DNA from: an uncultured candidate division Zixibacteria bacterium
GTDB lineage: Bacteria; Zixibacteria; MSB-5A5; UBA10806; 4484-95
Assembly (NCBI GenBank): GCA_963668625.2
Contig: CAXXKA010000010.1
Span: 224,001 to 288,000 of the forward strand
Length of the DNA stretch: 64,000 nt
Reading direction: 5' to 3'
Shown: piece by piece, positions 18,788 to 29,400 of the stretch
Numbering within the stretch: position 1 is the first letter of the stretch
How the letters are laid out: each line of letters begins with the position of its first letter
The notes under the pieces: model-generated
What the model saw: only the letters and a program-made list of their open reading frames with translations
What the model was told of the DNA's origin: nothing
The model's database searches: none
Made by a program: the position numbers and the translations under genes

Positions 18788-19543
18788 ATGTTAAGAGAAA
18801 TCGGAAAATTCGTAGTAATCATCGCTTTTTTCGCGACCTTAGCTTTACCGGTTGACGCGCAGAGCCAGAGTTGTTATGCAGGCCTTAGTATTGATTATTT
18901 GAATTATGTAGATAGGGATGGCACTCAGTATGTATCATTACCTGTTTATATCGGCTTCGATTGCCCCATCGGCGGATTTTTAATTGATATAAAAACAGAA
19001 CCATATGGCGCCCTGGAACCTGTTGATGTTAATACAGAGGGCGGGCTGGTTGATTATTGGGAGGTGATTGAGCCCTCTCGTCTCCGTCAAAAAGAAAAAT
19101 TGCGTATTCTCGGTATAGCTAACTATCCCGATGGTGAATATACTCCGCCATTGGAACCCCAGACGGGCCTCTTATTTAATGTGCTATTTCGTTTCGGATG
19201 TGATTATGATGAAAATGTCCAGGTGACTGTGTTATTGGATTCGGTTTTTATCTCCGACAGCACCGGGTATGAATTATTTGATGATGTAAATGTTTCGCAT
19301 AGTTGGGTGTATGTTGGCGAGGAGATAACCGATATTGACCGCGGAGATATGAACTGCGATGGTATGATAATCGGTGCTGATGTCTCGTTCCTGGTTAACT
19401 ATTTCAGGGGAGTGGTTCTTGATTGCCCCTGTAGTTTGTGTGCCGGTGATATCAATAATGACGGCCGGATAATAGGTAGTGATGTAACTTACCTGGTTAA
19501 TTATTTCATAGGCCGTAATCCGCCGCCGGATCCATGTGATTAA
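18788..19543 (+). CDS. Secreted cohesin-like + C-terminal (class A) dockerin protein, adaptor-like
   Basis: Signal peptide; VSLPVYI...IGGFLIDI...ISDSTG cohesin-like region; RGDMNCDGMIIGADVSFLVNYF...AGDINNDGRIIGSDVTYLVNYF. Confidence 0.85.
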   Translation: MLREIGKFVVIIAFFATLALPVDAQSQSCYAGLSIDYLNYVDRDGTQYVSLPVYIGFDCPIGGFLIDIKTEPYGALEPVDVNTEGGLVDYWEVIEPSRLRQKEKLRILGIANYPDGEYTPPLEPQTGLLFNVLFRFGCDYDENVQVTVLLDSVFISDSTGYELFDDVNVSHSWVYVGEEITDIDRGDMNCDGMIIGADVSFLVNYFRGVVLDCPCSLCAGDINNDGRIIGSDVTYLVNYFIGRNPPPDPCD

Positions 19544-19713
19544 TATTATTTATATATAAATTACCTGATTTCCTTGAAGGAGGTGATGAGACAGAGGAAC
19601 AACCAAGTTACTATTATTAAAAGAGGGGAAAGAGGAAAGGGATTTCCTCGACAGAAATTAGTTAGTGTGTTAAGTTTTAACACCTGTTATGTTCACAATT
19701 GAAGGAGATAAAC

Positions 19714-22029
19714 ATGAAGAAGATTTTAGTTCTTTCTTTTATTCTTCTCTTCGCCACAGCGGCTATGGCCCAGGACGTATACTTCTACTATGGTTGGCCT
19801 GGTTCGGGTACCGGTGATGCTGGCGATCCTATTCCGATTGGCTACAATAAAGATGTAGATATTGAAGTTTATTTCATGGGTACTACTGGTGTTGGCGGTG
19901 GTTCGTACAATGCCCCGTTAGCCATTAACAATGCTTATGCTGACTATATTGATACCCTCCAGTGCTACTTTGATGCTGCTGGTACGGTAATCAATTGGGA
20001 TAGCAAAAACTTCGGTAACTACGAAGAAGACAAAGACCTGATTGCTATTGCTTATGGCACCGACGGTGTCAGCACCTGGGATTCCTGGGGTAACAATGGT
20101 ATTATCGAGCTCTTCCCCCCATATGATTCACCTCCGTTCGTATCGATGGTTCCGGAAGTCAACCTTCACTACATGATTCATACCAATGATGATCCTGCCC
20201 TTATCGGCGAGAGCACTTGTGCTCTGGTTAATGGTGGTTGGGACCCCTTCCAGGAGTGGCCGTTAATGTCCGATACTTCTGGTACTATCACATATAATGC
20301 TATCTGGGAAGGCGCTTGCTATTTCTTCTCACCCAACCAGCCGGTTGAGTTTGTTGAAGGCGACGCCGTACCTGGTTGCACTTATGTTGATTTCTCGATG
20401 ACCGCGACTTTCTGGGATCCCGATGGTGATGTTCCGGATATTACCGTGAACGTTCCGCTGGCTACCTATACAGTCGAGGAAGTTGCCGATCCGGCTAACG
20501 AAGACGCTGCTTTCTTTATTGTTACAGTCGATTTCGACATGGAAAACTTCTGCGGTACTTGCTTCAATGACGATGTCATTATTACCGCTGTCGATCCTAA
20601 CAATGCTGAAGAGCCGTCTGAATTCAACGCTGGTAACTTGACCATCGTTGGTCAGATGACCGCTTCCATGGATCCTGCCCTGTACATCTGGCCGGGTCTC
20701 GAAGATTGGATGCCGATCTACTTAGATACCTGTGGTGATTGCTTCTGCCTCGGCGGTTTCGTATTCTCCATAGAGTGGGATTCCTCCATCCTCACCGTCA
20801 CCGACGTTGAGCGTGGCGCTATCCTCATGGGTGGTGAGTACTGGAATGTCAATATGGGTGTTGATGGCGCCGGTACCCTCCGCGTCACCTTCATCAACGA
20901 TCTTGACAACCAGACCGAAGTCGAGCCGATCTGCGGTATCGACGCTGGTGAGCCTCTGTTCAGAGTTAAATTCCTGCTCAGTGCCGCTTTCCAGTATCCT
21001 GTAAACCATTGCGTTCCGATTTGCTTCATGTATGACCTCGAAGGCGAAGATCACTACGATTACAACAACGTAGCCGACGCCGAAGGTTATCACGTTTGGT
21101 TCAACGATGGCTGCGACGATGCCCCGGATTCCTCACAGTATGGAACTCTGGATCTGGATCTCGTCTGTGGTAACATCAAGGTCTTAGACGAGCACAATAT
21201 TGTTCTCGGCGACATGAACTTGAACGGTTACGAGTTTGAAGCTGGTGACGTCGTTGTCCTGGCCAACTATCTGATCGATCCTATCAACAACCCGCTGAAC
21301 CTCCGTCAGATGTATGCTTCAGACGTTAATGATGACGATATTCAGGGCAGCATTGCTGACCTTATTTACATGATCAATACTGTCAACGGTTACGACGGCT
21401 TTGGCAAGCTTGCTCCGCTTGATGTCATTGCTACCGTTTCCATGCCGGCTGTCACTGCTGGTAACGTTGATGTTTCCATCAACTCCGAGGCTGCCGTTGG
21501 TGGCGCTCGCGTTGAGATCGCCCATGCTGGTGTTGAGCTTGGTGTCCCGACCGTCGATGGTATGGATATTGAGTACAACGATAACGGTGAAGTCATGACT
21601 GTCATCGTTTACAACATGGATTCCCAGGCATTTGCCGCTGGTACCAACACCCTCTTTACCATTCCGGTTATGGGTGAAGGCGCCGTTTCCATCAATGACG
21701 TTCAGGTTGCCGATAGCCGTGGTGCTCTGTTAGACGCCCGTTCCGAAGTCGCTGCCGCGATACCGGAATTCTTCGCTGTCAACCAGAACTTCCCGAATCC
21801 GTTCAACGCCAAGACCAGTATCGCTTTCGGTCTGCCGACTTCCGCTGATGTTACTATTAACATCTTCAACGTCGCCGGCCAGCTGGTCGAGTCAATGGAA
21901 CTGGGTAATGTCAATGCTGGTAACCACAGTGTGGTATGGGATGCCAGTGATGTCGCTAGCGGTGTCTACTTCTATAAAGTATCCGCCGGTGACTTCACCG
22001 AGACTCTGAAGATGACCCTGCTGAAGTAA
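19714..22029 (+). CDS. Secreted Ig + cohesin + class B dockerin + FlgD-Ig/T9SS-type CTD protein, probably abundant
   Basis: AAGGAG RBS; signal peptide; LGGFVFSIEWDSSILTV; GDMNLNGYEFEAGD...ASDVNDDDIQGSIADLIYMIN; QNFPNPFN...SGVYFYKV...KMTLLK; strongly biased codons (GGT, GCT, AAC, TTC). Confidence 0.88.
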   Translation: MKKILVLSFILLFATAAMAQDVYFYYGWPGSGTGDAGDPIPIGYNKDVDIEVYFMGTTGVGGGSYNAPLAINNAYADYIDTLQCYFDAAGTVINWDSKNFGNYEEDKDLIAIAYGTDGVSTWDSWGNNGIIELFPPYDSPPFVSMVPEVNLHYMIHTNDDPALIGESTCALVNGGWDPFQEWPLMSDTSGTITYNAIWEGACYFFSPNQPVEFVEGDAVPGCTYVDFSMTATFWDPDGDVPDITVNVPLATYTVEEVADPANEDAAFFIVTVDFDMENFCGTCFNDDVIITAVDPNNAEEPSEFNAGNLTIVGQMTASMDPALYIWPGLEDWMPIYLDTCGDCFCLGGFVFSIEWDSSILTVTDVERGAILMGGEYWNVNMGVDGAGTLRVTFINDLDNQTEVEPICGIDAGEPLFRVKFLLSAAFQYPVNHCVPICFMYDLEGEDHYDYNNVADAEGYHVWFNDGCDDAPDSSQYGTLDLDLVCGNIKVLDEHNIVLGDMNLNGYEFEAGDVVVLANYLIDPINNPLNLRQMYASDVNDDDIQGSIADLIYMINTVNGYDGFGKLAPLDVIATVSMPAVTAGNVDVSINSEAAVGGARVEIAHAGVELGVPTVDGMDIEYNDNGEVMTVIVYNMDSQAFAAGTNTLFTIPVMGEGAVSINDVQVADSRGALLDARSEVAAAIPEFFAVNQNFPNPFNAKTSIAFGLPTSADVTINIFNVAGQLVESMELGNVNAGNHSVVWDASDVASGVYFYKVSAGDFTETLKMTLLK

Positions 22030-22062
22030 TTTAACTTTAGCGGCGATTTTTCATAGATCTAC

Positions 22063-22094
22063 AGGTGGGAGAGGCTTAGGTCTCTCCTGCCTTT
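22063..22094 (+). terminator. Stem-loop/terminator after the 19714 gene
   Basis: aggtgggagaggc-ttag-gtctctcctgcct, 13 bp including G:U pairs, then tt. Confidence 0.65.
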
Positions 22095-22230
22095 AATTGT
22101 TAAAGGTATCGTTGCAGGTAAGTTGCAATTATTTGCGTTTTATGAGGAAACACTTTTTGAAACATCAAGTTAATCAGAATATTAGCCCTTGTATTATAAT
22201 AACTTGTAATGCAATAGGTTAACTGAAAGG

Positions 22231-22246
22231 CGGCACGGTATTTGCA
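22231..22246 (+). promoter_or_regulatory. Sigma54 promoter for the genes from 22290 onward
   Basis: CGGCACGGTATTTGCA, a near-consensus GGCAC-N5-TTGCA about 45 nt before the ATG. GTTGCA-N5-GTTGCA direct repeat at 22111-22127 lies in enhancer position. Confidence 0.75.
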
Positions 22247-22289
22247 TATTTGATATTGAATAAATTAAAAAGTGTTTTTCGGGGGAAAA

Positions 22290-23111
22290 ATGAAAAAAAT
22301 AGCCGTACTTTTGTTAGCCGCCGTTCTTTCCTTTAATGTTATTTTACTCGCCCAAGATGATAGTTTATATTTAACATCAGTTACCGTTGAGGCTGGTGAC
22401 ACCGCTGTGGTTGGTTTGTATTTACAGAACCAATCTTTTAGTGTTGGCGCTTTTCACACGGAAATGACGTTATCCGATACATCCCTGGCTAAGTTTGTAT
22501 CGGCGACTAGAGGCGATGATGTTCAGGATTTCAGTTATTTTAATGGTGTGGTATTTTCGCCGGCGAAAATATCATTGACTGGTATTGCCAGTATGCCGCT
22601 GGCGCCATCCGAGCCTTTGCCCGTTGGTTATCATCACTTAGCCACCTTTAGAATAGCGATTTCAGACAGTGTACATTCACGCTCGGAGGTTTCCGTATCG
22701 TTTTTCAACGATGAAGAGTTTACGAACGTGATAAGCGATACCACCGGGTATGATGTGGTTGAACCGGTCCTGGTAAACGGTTCTATTACGATACTTCAAT
22801 TTCTCTCAGTTGATGACAACATTATCATTCCCAATGAATTTTCTCTTAAAGGGAATTATCCAAATCCCTTTAATGCAAATACTATAATAGAGTTTTCTTT
22901 GAACAAGCCCGGGCATGTTACCCTGAATATTTATGATATCAGGGGTAGAAAGGTACGCGGACTTGTTTCAGGTTATTATAATTCAGGCAATCATTCGGTA
23001 AGTTGGGACGGATGTACATCAAGCGGTACGGTCCTGGCTTCCGGTATTTATCTATATCGTTTATCTACTGGCGGTTACAGCCAGACTGGGAGAATGAATT
23101 TTATCAAGTAA
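22290..23111 (+). CDS. Single cohesin-like domain + FlgD-Ig/T9SS-type CTD protein
   Basis: Signal peptide; VEAGDTAVVGLYLQN...VGAF...ISDTTG...LVNGSITI; NYPNPFN...WDG...SGIYLYRL. Confidence 0.85.
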   Translation: MKKIAVLLLAAVLSFNVILLAQDDSLYLTSVTVEAGDTAVVGLYLQNQSFSVGAFHTEMTLSDTSLAKFVSATRGDDVQDFSYFNGVVFSPAKISLTGIASMPLAPSEPLPVGYHHLATFRIAISDSVHSRSEVSVSFFNDEEFTNVISDTTGYDVVEPVLVNGSITILQFLSVDDNIIIPNEFSLKGNYPNPFNANTIIEFSLNKPGHVTLNIYDIRGRKVRGLVSGYYNSGNHSVSWDGCTSSGTVLASGIYLYRLSTGGYSQTGRMNFIK

Positions 23112-23124
23112 AACGGTAAAAAAA

Positions 23125-23955
23125 ATGTATTATAGACTTGTGTTTTTTACACTTATTATTATATTGATTTCAGCATTAAATAGTAATGCGCAGATACCTT
23201 CTGAAATCGATTCAGTAAAAATTGAGAGTAGTACTTCAAGACCAGGAGAAGTTGTAACAACATCAATCCATTTGGTTAATACATTTCCGGTAGGAGGAAT
23301 TTCTACAAGGTTGGAATATAATCAAGATGTTTGTAGTATTCAGTCAGTTAGTCTTTCTAGTCGTGTATCATTTATGAATATCTTCGCAGTCGATACATCC
23401 AATACAGGAGTTTTAATGCTTAGCGCGGCTTCACTGTTTCCGCGGACCAGTTATATCGCGCCCGGCTCGGGTGAGGTGTTTGATATCGAGTTCGTGATAA
23501 ACGGTAGCGCACAACCGGGATCCTATGATTGGGATTTACGGAATTCGAGCGCGTATAATTATGAGAATCATCTTTCCGATACTACCGGGCTTTACATGTA
23601 TTTGCCGGTTCTCGCTGATGGTGAACTGGAGATAGAGCCACCGGTATTTTTAGATTATACCGATAATAAGCCTGAAAATATTAATATTCTTACCAACTAT
23701 CCTAATCCGTTTAACAATCACACCGTAATATCGTTTAGCCTGGTTGATGCCGGGCAGGCGAGGTTGGTTGTTTACGATCTTTTGGGCCGAGAAGTAACAT
23801 CTATGGTACTGGGGTATAAGTCTCCCGGTAGCTATGCCATAAGATGGGATGGACGCGATAATTCTAATAAGGAGGTATCCACCGGCGTCTACAGCTATGC
23901 TTTGTATTGTAATAATTATGTAGTGTTAACAAGTAAAATGATTTTATTAAGATAA
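23125..23955 (+). CDS. Single cohesin-like domain + FlgD-Ig/T9SS-type CTD protein
   Basis: Signal peptide; PGEVVTTSIHLVNTFPVGGISTRLEYN...IAPGSGEVFDIEF; NYPNPFN...WDGRD...TGVYSY. Confidence 0.85.
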   Translation: MYYRLVFFTLIIILISALNSNAQIPSEIDSVKIESSTSRPGEVVTTSIHLVNTFPVGGISTRLEYNQDVCSIQSVSLSSRVSFMNIFAVDTSNTGVLMLSAASLFPRTSYIAPGSGEVFDIEFVINGSAQPGSYDWDLRNSSAYNYENHLSDTTGLYMYLPVLADGELEIEPPVFLDYTDNKPENINILTNYPNPFNNHTVISFSLVDAGQARLVVYDLLGREVTSMVLGYKSPGSYAIRWDGRDNSNKEVSTGVYSYALYCNNYVVLTSKMILLR

Positions 23956-23965
23956 ATGGGGCTTT

Positions 23966-26389
23966 GTGATGTTTAAAAAAGAATACCAAGTGCCTGGTTC
24001 TCGCGTATTGCTTTTGTTGGCTGTGTTATTCTTTTCCGCCCTCTCTACCTCTGTTGTTTTAGCCCAGGCTGATACGTTAAGAATAGGGACAGTCACCGGC
24101 GATCCTGGTCAGCAAGTTGACCTGAATATCTATCTAGGCAACCAATCTGTGGCTATAGGTGGTTTCCAATTGGTTTTGTCCTATAACACTAATGCGCTAA
24201 GCACGACACGATCCAACATTATAGCATTACCCAGGGCAGCGAGCTTAAGATTTGGCTCCAGTATTGACGCGGATACGATTTACATTGCCGGTTATGATGA
24301 TTCCTTCAGTAATCCCGTACAGCCGGGATTCGGCGATATCGTTCAGATACAATTTACGATTGGTGCGGATGTGCCGGGCGGTGATTATTATGTAAGATTC
24401 GTACCGCGCTCAGTAAATCCTGCCTATAACACTCTTTCCGATCGATTCGGGAATGCTCGCTTTCCGGTGTTAATCGATGGTTATGTCAGGGTGACCGGAC
24501 CGGGCAATAATCCGCCTGTGTATACTCCCGCCCTTGTTTCGCCGCGTCAGGTTCAGGTCGGCTCGACTTTACAGTTCAGTGTCACCGCAACGGATTCCGA
24601 TGGTGATGAGGTTATGTTAAGCGCAACCGGCTTACCGGATAACTCGACATTCGCCGGAAACAGTGGTCAGGGAGAGGTCTCGAGTACTTTTTACTTTACG
24701 CCAGCGAGCTCTCAGAACAATAATTCATATGATGTCGTGTTCACGGCCTCGGATGGTTATGCCGAAACCCGGGGAACGGTCACTATCGATGTCGGCACTG
24801 TTCAAACTGATCCCCCGCCGATTATCAACGATCCGGGCTCCCAGAATGTCGCCGAAGGTGGCCATTTGGAATTCACTGTCAGCGCTTACGATCCGGAGAA
24901 CCAATACGTTACTTTAACCGCTACCGGAGTACCAACTAATGCCTCATTCGAGGGCACAAGTGGTTCCGGTACTATCTCATCTGTTTTCTCGTTCGATCCT
25001 GATTACAATCAAAACGGAGTGTACAATGTTGTTTTCCGGGCGGAGGACACCGCCGGTAGCTTCGCTACACGTACGGTTACGATAAATGTCGTTGATGCTA
25101 TCAACGACTTATTGAGCGTTGCCGCTCTACAAGGCGCGCTGCCCGGTTCGCTCGACCGGAGTTTGATCGTGAATATGCAAAATCCGAATCCTATTTACGC
25201 GATTCAATTCGACGTGCTTTACGATCCTCTGGTTATAGATATCAAAGACGCCAAACCGGATTCATCCCGAGCGTTTAATTATAATTTATTCCAGAACTCG
25301 CTCGAGGATGGCAGGTACAGGGTAGGTATTTTACCGCTCGACCTGGACACTATTCCTGCCGGTAATGGCCCGATCGTCGAATTCGTGGTTGATGTCGATG
25401 GTGCGGCGCTACCCGGTCCATCCGTAATTTCTTTCGATTCTACCTCCACGGTTCAGGATACCGCCGGTACCTCGGTCGAGATGATATTCGACGAGGGATC
25501 TTTCACGATTGATATTCTGGGCGACGCTAACCTTGACGGCGTGTTGTCGTTGGGTGATTGTGTCGCCGTACTGGCTTATAATATAGGCCGCCTGGAGATG
25601 AGTGTGCGTACCCGTGATGCGGGCGATTACAACCGTGACGGTGATGTCAGGGTTTCAGATCTGCAGGGTATTCTCTGGGATGTGTTTAATTGGGATTCAC
25701 CGGCGCCACCGCTGGTTAGCGATGCCGGCAGTGTCGAACTGAGGCGTGATTATATTTATGCCGGCTATAGCGGCGAGATACCGTTATGGCTCGATTTGAG
25801 TACCGAGGCGGGCGCTGTCCAGTTCACCATCGAGTATGACCCCGAAGAGGTTATTATTAACGATATTACTCCTGGTGAGATGATTTCGAATTTGAATCTG
25901 GAATATAACGACATGACCGGTGAGATTCGCGGTGTAATTTACACTTATAGTTTTACCGAATTCGGACCCGCTATGGGCGAGCTCGTAAATCTCGATATCG
26001 ATATTATCGGAGACAATATCGACCCGGCCAGTGTAGTCAGGCTGACCGATTTCGAGATTGTCACCGTTGATGCTTACAGGTTAAATGTTGATGTGATTGG
26101 GGAATTACCGATTGCTTACGAGCTTTACCAGAACTACCCTAATCCTTTCAACGCCAAAACGACGATATCCTTTGACTTACCATATAACTCTGTGGTTCAG
26201 GTAGTGGTCTACAACGTACTTGGACAAGAAATTAAGGAAATTCAATCCGGCTATTTGAATGCCGGGCATCATCAGATGATCTGGGATGGGACTGGATCTG
26301 ATGGTGAGGAAGTAACCTCTGGTGTATACTTCTACCGCGTTAGCGCGGATGATTTTAATAAAACGAAAAAGATGTTGCTTGTGAAGTAA
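23966..26389 (+). CDS. Scaffoldin-like protein: cohesin - 2x Ig/cadherin - cohesin - dockerin - cohesin-like - CTD
   Basis: PGQQVDLNIYL...IGGFQLVLSYN; two NxPP...ATDxDGD...F.FxP repeats; IYAIQFDVLYDP; GDANLDG...AGDYNRDGDVRVSDL; AVQFTIEYDP; QNYPNPFN...KMLLVK. Confidence 0.87.
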   Translation: MMFKKEYQVPGSRVLLLLAVLFFSALSTSVVLAQADTLRIGTVTGDPGQQVDLNIYLGNQSVAIGGFQLVLSYNTNALSTTRSNIIALPRAASLRFGSSIDADTIYIAGYDDSFSNPVQPGFGDIVQIQFTIGADVPGGDYYVRFVPRSVNPAYNTLSDRFGNARFPVLIDGYVRVTGPGNNPPVYTPALVSPRQVQVGSTLQFSVTATDSDGDEVMLSATGLPDNSTFAGNSGQGEVSSTFYFTPASSQNNNSYDVVFTASDGYAETRGTVTIDVGTVQTDPPPIINDPGSQNVAEGGHLEFTVSAYDPENQYVTLTATGVPTNASFEGTSGSGTISSVFSFDPDYNQNGVYNVVFRAEDTAGSFATRTVTINVVDAINDLLSVAALQGALPGSLDRSLIVNMQNPNPIYAIQFDVLYDPLVIDIKDAKPDSSRAFNYNLFQNSLEDGRYRVGILPLDLDTIPAGNGPIVEFVVDVDGAALPGPSVISFDSTSTVQDTAGTSVEMIFDEGSFTIDILGDANLDGVLSLGDCVAVLAYNIGRLEMSVRTRDAGDYNRDGDVRVSDLQGILWDVFNWDSPAPPLVSDAGSVELRRDYIYAGYSGEIPLWLDLSTEAGAVQFTIEYDPEEVIINDITPGEMISNLNLEYNDMTGEIRGVIYTYSFTEFGPAMGELVNLDIDIIGDNIDPASVVRLTDFEIVTVDAYRLNVDVIGELPIAYELYQNYPNPFNAKTTISFDLPYNSVVQVVVYNVLGQEIKEIQSGYLNAGHHQMIWDGTGSDGEEVTSGVYFYRVSADDFNKTKKMLLVK

Positions 26390-26468
26390 CTTTTGCTTCA
26401 CTCCAAAGCCTTTTTTCCGTTCCGTTGTGGGAGTTTCTTAAGAGTTTGGGATTAAAAGAGAGGCTAAG

Positions 26469-29400
26469 ATGAAGATAAAGGCTTTATTGTGGGCGATATT
26501 GTTTATGAGCGTTACGGGTGGGTTGGCCTATGCTCAAAATGCCCCGGTAATTGACCCAATTAGTCCCCAATTTGTTGATGAGGGCGAACACCTGGAATTC
26601 GTAATCACTGCTTCCGATACGGATGGCGATTCTCTGGAATATACTTTATTGAATTTACCAACGAACGCCTCGTTTGTCGATAGCGGTAATGGCCATGGAT
26701 TGTTTACTTTCGACCCTGATTATTCGCAATCCGGTAACTTACAGATTAGCGTAATAGCGCAGGATAGTTCTATGGCCGACACTGAACTGGTTGATATCAC
26801 TGTTAACGATGTCAACCGCGCGCCGGAGTTCGATCCGGTAACCGCGCAATCGGTTGATGAGGGAGCGCATCTCGAATTCGCGTTAATCTCTTCCGATCTC
26901 GATGGTGATGGTTTGACACTCACCGCCGAGGATTTACCTGCCAACGCCACATTTGTCGATAGCGGCAACGGTCATGGTTTGTTCGAGTTCGATCCCGATT
27001 ACACGCAATCGGGGGAGGAGCAGGTACGGTTTATCGCTAGCGACGGTACGCTTGCCGATACTATTACGGTAGATATCACTATTAATGATTATAACAGCGC
27101 GCCAACACTGACGGCTATCAGTGGTCAGTCGGTGGACGAGGGTTCGCATCTGGGGTTCCTTGTAGAGGCTACCGATCCTGAGAGTGATATACTGACATTG
27201 ACAGCGGAAAACTTACCGACCAATGCCACGTTCACCGATAGCGGCAATGGAACCGGTTTGTTCGAGTTCGATCCCAGCTACATTCAAAACGGTACATATA
27301 ATGTAAGGTTTATTGCAGACGATGGTTTCTATGCAGATACCCAGATGGTTTCGATAACGGTAAACAGGGTGAATGTCTCGCCCGTGATTACCGCGATACC
27401 CGTCCAGGCGGTAGATGAGGGACAGCATCTCGAGTTTGCTATTTCTGCAACGGATATTAATGATGACGTGATTGACCTGCTGGCTGAAAATATGATAGCC
27501 AACTCATCATTTACCGATAACGGTAACGGTCAGGGTACGTTTACTTTCGATCCCGATTATTCCCAAAGCGGTATATATAATGTGAGGTTTGTCGCCGAGG
27601 ATGGCGAGTTGGCTGATACTCAAGTAGTAGAAATTACAGTCAACCATATCAATCTCGCCCCTGTAATAGATACAATAACGGCGCAATCCGTGGATGAGAA
27701 CACCCATTTCGAGTACCTGTTGACCTCCTCAGATTTCGACAGTGACGCGCTGACTTTCACCGTGGGATCCAGCCCTCTGAATAGCTCGTTTACCGACTAC
27801 TCGGATGGCACGGGCTTATTCGAGTTCGATCCGACTTATCTTCAGAGCGGCGTATATAATGTAAGCTTTATTGTCGCTGACGGAGCCTTAAGCGATACTA
27901 TGACTATGTCGGTGACTGTTAATGATGTTAACGCCCCGCCTGTTCTCGGTCCTATCGGCTCGCAGGTAGTGGATGAGAAACAATCACTGGGCTTGCTGAT
28001 CACCGCCTCGGATGTTGATGGGCAATCCATAAATATGACTGCCGAACAATTGCCTGAAAACGCCTCGTTCATCGATAGCGGCAACGGTAACGGCTGGTTC
28101 GTGTTCGATCCTGATTCGACCCAGAGCGGCGAGTACGCCGTCAGGTTCATTGCAAGTGACGGTGCGGCTGCGGATACCCAACTGGTCGATATAACGGTCA
28201 ACCAGGTTAACGTTGCCCCGAGTATTGACCCGATCAGCTTGCTGGCTGTTGATGAGGGTGACCATCTGGGGTACGTGATTACCGCCACCGATTTCGACAA
28301 CGATGCGATCACTTTATCGATGTATAACGATCCGCTTAACTCGGCCTTTGTCGACAGCGGTAACGGTCATGGCCTGTTCACTTTCGATCCCGACTTTTCA
28401 CAGGAGGGATCGTACACTGTCAGGTTTATTGTCAGCGATGGCGTATTGGCTGATACATCGACGATGGGAATTTCGGTCAATCATTTTAATACCGCCCCGG
28501 TGATAATTCCCATAGGCTCACAAGAGGTGGCCGAAAATCAAACATTGGATATTCATGTTTTAACTACGGATAATGAAAACGATAACAGGACGATTACGCT
28601 GAGAAACGCTCCGGCCAACTCCTCGCTGGCCGATTCGGGTAACGGCAACGCCTTGTTTACGTTTACTCCGGGCTACGATCAGACAGGAAATTATAATGTC
28701 ACTTTCATAGTTAATGACGGTGAGTATGCCGATTCGGAAATCGTAGCTATCGAGGTAACCAATACCAACCGCGCGCCCGAGCTTAACGCTGTTGGTTCTC
28801 ATTTCGTGGATGAGAGCTCACACCTGGAGTTCGTGGTCACTGCCACCGAACCTGATTTACAATCGATTACTTTAACCGCCCAGAATTTGCCGTTGAACGC
28901 ATCATTTACCGACAGCGGTAATGGCAATGGTCTGTTTTCATTCGACCCGAATTACGTTCAGGCGGGAACATATACGGTAAGGTTTATCGCCAGTGATGGC
29001 GAGCTAGCGGATACATCTTTCGGTGATATCGTCGTTAATAACATAAACCGTCTACCGGTACTTGCATCAATAGGCAGCCAGGCACTGAATGAGGGTGAGC
29101 ATCTGGTTATTTCTCTTACCTCAAGTGATGAGGATACCGATGATGATCCGGTATTGAGCGCCGAAAACGTTCCCTCGATGAATGCGACATTCACCGATTC
29201 CGGTAACGGTAACGGTTCATTCATATTCGATCCCGATTATACGCAGAGCGGAGTTTATAACGTTCTGTTTATAATCAATGACGGTATAGCCGCCGATTCG
29301 GAGATGGTTACGATAACGGTGAACGAGTACAATCTCGCTCCGGAACTTGCAGCGATTGGCACGCCGCAAAATGTCTCTGAAAACCAGACTTTGCTGTTTA

